Assembly: GCA_025359965.1 (NCBI GenBank)
Contig: JANYDC010000149.1
Coordinates: 23,616-87,615 of the forward strand
DNA: 64,000 nt
Direction: 5' to 3'
Source: Pedosphaera sp.
Lineage (GTDB): Bacteria; Verrucomicrobiota; Verrucomicrobiia; Limisphaerales; SXQI01
Positions within the stretch are counted from its first letter, which is position 1. Every line of letters starts with the position of its first letter. The position numbers and the translations under genes were made by a program. Shown piece by piece: positions 61,429-64,000 of this stretch. The notes beneath the pieces are model-generated. The model had not been told where the DNA came from, ran no database searches, and saw nothing but the letters and a program-made list of their open reading frames with translations.

Positions 61429-61878
61429 ATGCCGGAACGCTTTATGGTTTCGGGTGGTGAGGCATATTTGATTCATCCCGTTTCATTCTTTCAGTGCGCA
61501 TTCGGCGGGGTGCTCGTATTTTCATGTTTTGCCACTTGTCTTGAGGCGTTCATACACGGATCGCTATCTGATCGGGTTTTGGCCAGCGTCGGCTCGTGGC
61601 TGTCTTTTTTGTTGCTGCTCGATTTATGCAGGCTATTTGGAATGACCACACACCCGACAGCTTACCAAAGATTGCCTTTTTTCTCCGGGAGCCCAATCGG
61701 CGAGGCCTTGAGGCTCTTATGGGTACTGGGCAATTTGCCAGCCATCACAATCGGCGGGTGGCTCGGTCGAATTTTTTATCGCACCGGCAGCGGAGTGGAA
61801 TCATTGGCGTTTCCACTACAATGGTTGTTCTACATCGCCGCTGCGCTCAAGTTCGCTCAGTCGCGCGCAAGGCGCTGA
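61429..61878 (+). CDS. Hypothetical integral membrane protein (about 4 TM helices)
   Basis: Hydrophobic segments (FGGVLVFSCFATCL; GSWLSFLLLLDL; LRLLWVLGNLPAITIGGWL; LQWLFYIAAAL). No recognisable motif. Confidence 0.4.
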   Translation: MPERFMVSGGEAYLIHPVSFFQCAFGGVLVFSCFATCLEAFIHGSLSDRVLASVGSWLSFLLLLDLCRLFGMTTHPTAYQRLPFFSGSPIGEALRLLWVLGNLPAITIGGWLGRIFYRTGSGVESLAFPLQWLFYIAAALKFAQSRARR

Positions 61879-61952
61879 GCGGTATCGGTAGGGGCTTTGC
61901 TCGGATGAGGTCTATTTTTGGTTAGCGGTATTCCGCAGCAAGCCCCCCGCAC

Positions 61953-63833
61953 CTACCCCGCCTCATGCAGCCGAATTTCCTCCATAAACGCAGGACCGAA
62001 CTCGACCAGTTTACGCTGCCCCACGCCGGACACAGCTAGGAATTGATCATCATTTGAAGGTTTATCCGCCGCCATGTGGCGTAGAGCCACGTCTGAGAAG
62101 ATCATGTATGGCGGAAGACCACGCTCCTCCGAAAGCTTGCGTCGCAGGGTCCGCAAGCGGTTGAACAAACCCTCGTCGCAGATGATATCCCCGCTGGCGG
62201 ATTTAGGTCTACTGCTTCGCTCCTTGCGAGAAGGTTCGCTGTAACGCCGGCCAGAAAAGCGAGTGTCCACAACCCGTTTGAGCACGACAGGGAGTCGTTT
62301 CAGCAGAACCTCCCTACCTTCAAGGGTAAGCTCCACGCTGAAGCGCTCTTCGTGCAAAACCAAAAACCCGCGCTCGATCAATTGGCGCCCCACCGCCAGC
62401 CAAGCCTCTTTGGACTGATCTTTCCCGATGCCATAAGTCGAAATCTTGTCATGCTGCCACTCACGAATCTTGTCGTTCTCTGTGCCTAACAGCACCGCTG
62501 TAGTATGAGATAATCCAGTGGAGAACCCGCTGCGTTCCTTAATTCTGTAAACACACGACAGCAGTTTCTGGGACATCAGCGTGGCATCATAGGTCTCATG
62601 AGATTGCGCGCAATTATCGCAGCCCTGACAGGTTCCCTCCGCCAGCACCTCTCCAAAATATTTCAGCAGAAACGCCCGTCGGCAGCCTGTCGTCTCCGCA
62701 TATGACGCCATTAAACGCAAGTGTTTCTCTGCCAAAGCCCGGTCCGCCGGTGTTTTCTCGGCAAAGAAATGCCGCTGCTTCATCAGGTCGCCGGGATTGT
62801 AGAGCAACAGACATTCCCCAGGCAGCCCATCCCGCCCGGCGCGTCCGGTCTCCTGATAATAGCTCTCGATATTCTTGGGCAGTTCGTAATGAACCACAAA
62901 CCGTACGTCTGGTTTATGGATGCCCATGCCGAACGCCACCGTCGCGCAGACCACATCGACCTGATCGCGCTTGAATTGCTCCTGACAAAGATTGCGTTCC
63001 GCAGGCGTCAATCCAGCATGATATGCCGCCGCGCGAACCTTATCGGCCCTCAGTTTCTCAGCCACACTTTCAGTGCTTTTACGGCTTTGGCAGTAAACGA
63101 TGCCTGACTCCCCCTTCCACCTCCTCACAACCTCAAGCAGTTGCTCGTACCCGCCGCTTTTGCGTGTCACGGTGTATTCAAGATTGGGCCGGTTGAAGCT
63201 TGCCACATAGCGCATGGGATCGCGCAGATTGAGAATGCTGCAAATATCGTCCCGCACTCGATCCGTCGCGGTGGCGGTAAGGGCCAGAAACGGACAATCC
63301 GGCATAGACTCGCGCAGTTTCGCCAACTGCCGGTATTCGGGACGGAAATCGTGGCCCCACTCGCTGATACAATGGGCCTCATCCACGGCCAGCAGAGAAA
63401 CATTCCATCGGGCCAGATCCTCCAACATGCCATCCATCAACACCCGCTCAGGCGCCACATAAAGCAATTTGATTCTTCCCTGATGGAGAGCCGCCAGTCG
63501 CGAGCGGGATTCCTCTCCTTTAATGGATGAATTCAAAAATGTCGCCGCCACACCCGCCGCTTCAAGCTCATCCACCTGATCTTTCATAAGAGCAATCAAC
63601 GGCGAAATGACCACCGTCAACCCCGGCCGGATCAGGGCGGGCACTTGATAGCACAACGACTTGCCTCCGCCCGTCGGCAAAATGGCCAGTACATCTCTTC
63701 CTGCGAGCACATCCGTCATAATCTCCCGCTGCCGGGGCCGAAACTCGGCAAACCCAAAATACTGCTTCATCACCCTGAGTACCTCCTCAGTGCGCGGCGG
63801 GACGGGACTTTCGGATGTGGCTAAATTGCTCAT
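61953..63833 (-). CDS. recQ: ATP-dependent DNA helicase RecQ
   Basis: FRPRQREI, PTGGGKSLCYQ and DEAHCISEWGHDFRPEY motifs, a zinc-binding Cys cluster (CRRAFLL...CQGCDNC), and RQC and C-terminal HRDC domains (YMIFSDVALRHMA). ATG at 63831-63833. Confidence 0.9.
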   Translation of the reverse strand: MSNLATSESPVPPRTEEVLRVMKQYFGFAEFRPRQREIMTDVLAGRDVLAILPTGGGKSLCYQVPALIRPGLTVVISPLIALMKDQVDELEAAGVAATFLNSSIKGEESRSRLAALHQGRIKLLYVAPERVLMDGMLEDLARWNVSLLAVDEAHCISEWGHDFRPEYRQLAKLRESMPDCPFLALTATATDRVRDDICSILNLRDPMRYVASFNRPNLEYTVTRKSGGYEQLLEVVRRWKGESGIVYCQSRKSTESVAEKLRADKVRAAAYHAGLTPAERNLCQEQFKRDQVDVVCATVAFGMGIHKPDVRFVVHYELPKNIESYYQETGRAGRDGLPGECLLLYNPGDLMKQRHFFAEKTPADRALAEKHLRLMASYAETTGCRRAFLLKYFGEVLAEGTCQGCDNCAQSHETYDATLMSQKLLSCVYRIKERSGFSTGLSHTTAVLLGTENDKIREWQHDKISTYGIGKDQSKEAWLAVGRQLIERGFLVLHEERFSVELTLEGREVLLKRLPVVLKRVVDTRFSGRRYSEPSRKERSSRPKSASGDIICDEGLFNRLRTLRRKLSEERGLPPYMIFSDVALRHMAADKPSNDDQFLAVSGVGQRKLVEFGPAFMEEIRLHEAG

Positions 63834-64000
63834 GACCAATTCCAACAATCATCAGATTACCTACGACTTCAGGCTCGCGGAAGACAGAAACGAATTCTCT
63901 TTGCAAAACCGCTCCGGTATGTGGACTTTAAGCAAATGTTGCAGCATGGAAGAAGTAAGAGAAAACAGGAGAGGAACCAGTCCACGACCGGACCCCTGCC

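Noticed and set aside
61887-61957. An imperfect inverted repeat (GGGGCTTTGCT at 61891-61901 with AGCAAGCCCC at 61937-61946) between the convergent membrane-protein and recQ genes, as a bidirectional terminator.
   Set aside because: It has a 35-nt loop, a bulge and no clean U-tracts next to the stem, so the evidence is weak.
63849-64000. A possible gene start or end at the right edge of the window.
   Set aside because: Several frames are open over only ~150 nt on both strands with no motif or clear start context, so nothing can be supported.

Overview
This is a 64-kb, gene-dense chromosomal segment with about 53 protein-coding genes and one tRNA-Glu. I saw no rRNA, CRISPR array, integrase or transposase.

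Likely origin (inference): a Verrucomicrobiota/PVC-like bacterium. The pointers are a giant PVC-type CxxCH heme-binding/HEAT-repeat protein, a DUF1080 fusion, several secreted LamG proteins, a BspA-type LRR protein, and mid-50s % GC judged by eye.

Gene order, left to right:
- Secreted LamG and tail-fibre-like proteins.
- A lipopeptide, HpnH-like radical SAM and ABC-F operon.
- A secreted protein/lipoprotein pair, a VOC protein and a HisJ phosphatase.
- A MoxR-DUF58-TgpA-like transglutaminase operon.
- A frameshifted ~900-aa triple-LamG gene.
- A PQQ-like propeller protein.
- A fused AsnC/siroheme-decarboxylase-like gene with a terminator-like leader, divergent from the 1119-aa PVC heme protein.
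- Two tandem hybrid histidine kinases and an FmdB zinc-ribbon protein.
- A complete Fiu/PiuA-type iron-uptake locus: receptor, PiuC, PepSY, TonB, ExbB, ExbD.
- mazG-proB-rnc with a translationally coupled unknown zinc-ribbon gene.
- lysA, an SLT transglycosylase and an MntR/DtxR-like regulator.
- A TIM-barrel/DUF1080 fusion and an orphan ABC ATPase.
- thiG, hldA, gmhB and tRNA-Glu.
- A CapD / GT-C-like+TPR / GT4 / WecA-like glycan module.
- An LRR protein, metG, a DUF4080-type B12 radical SAM gene and recQ.

I did not find a clear-cut novel multi-gene system. The best follow-up candidates are:
- the GT-C-like+TPR glycan module;
- the leader structure of the AsnC-like gene;
- the rnc-coupled zinc-ribbon protein;
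- the lipopeptide/HpnH-like pair;
- the structured mntR-side intergenic region;
- a REP-like hairpin element.

All family calls come from motif recognition by eye. No searches were run.
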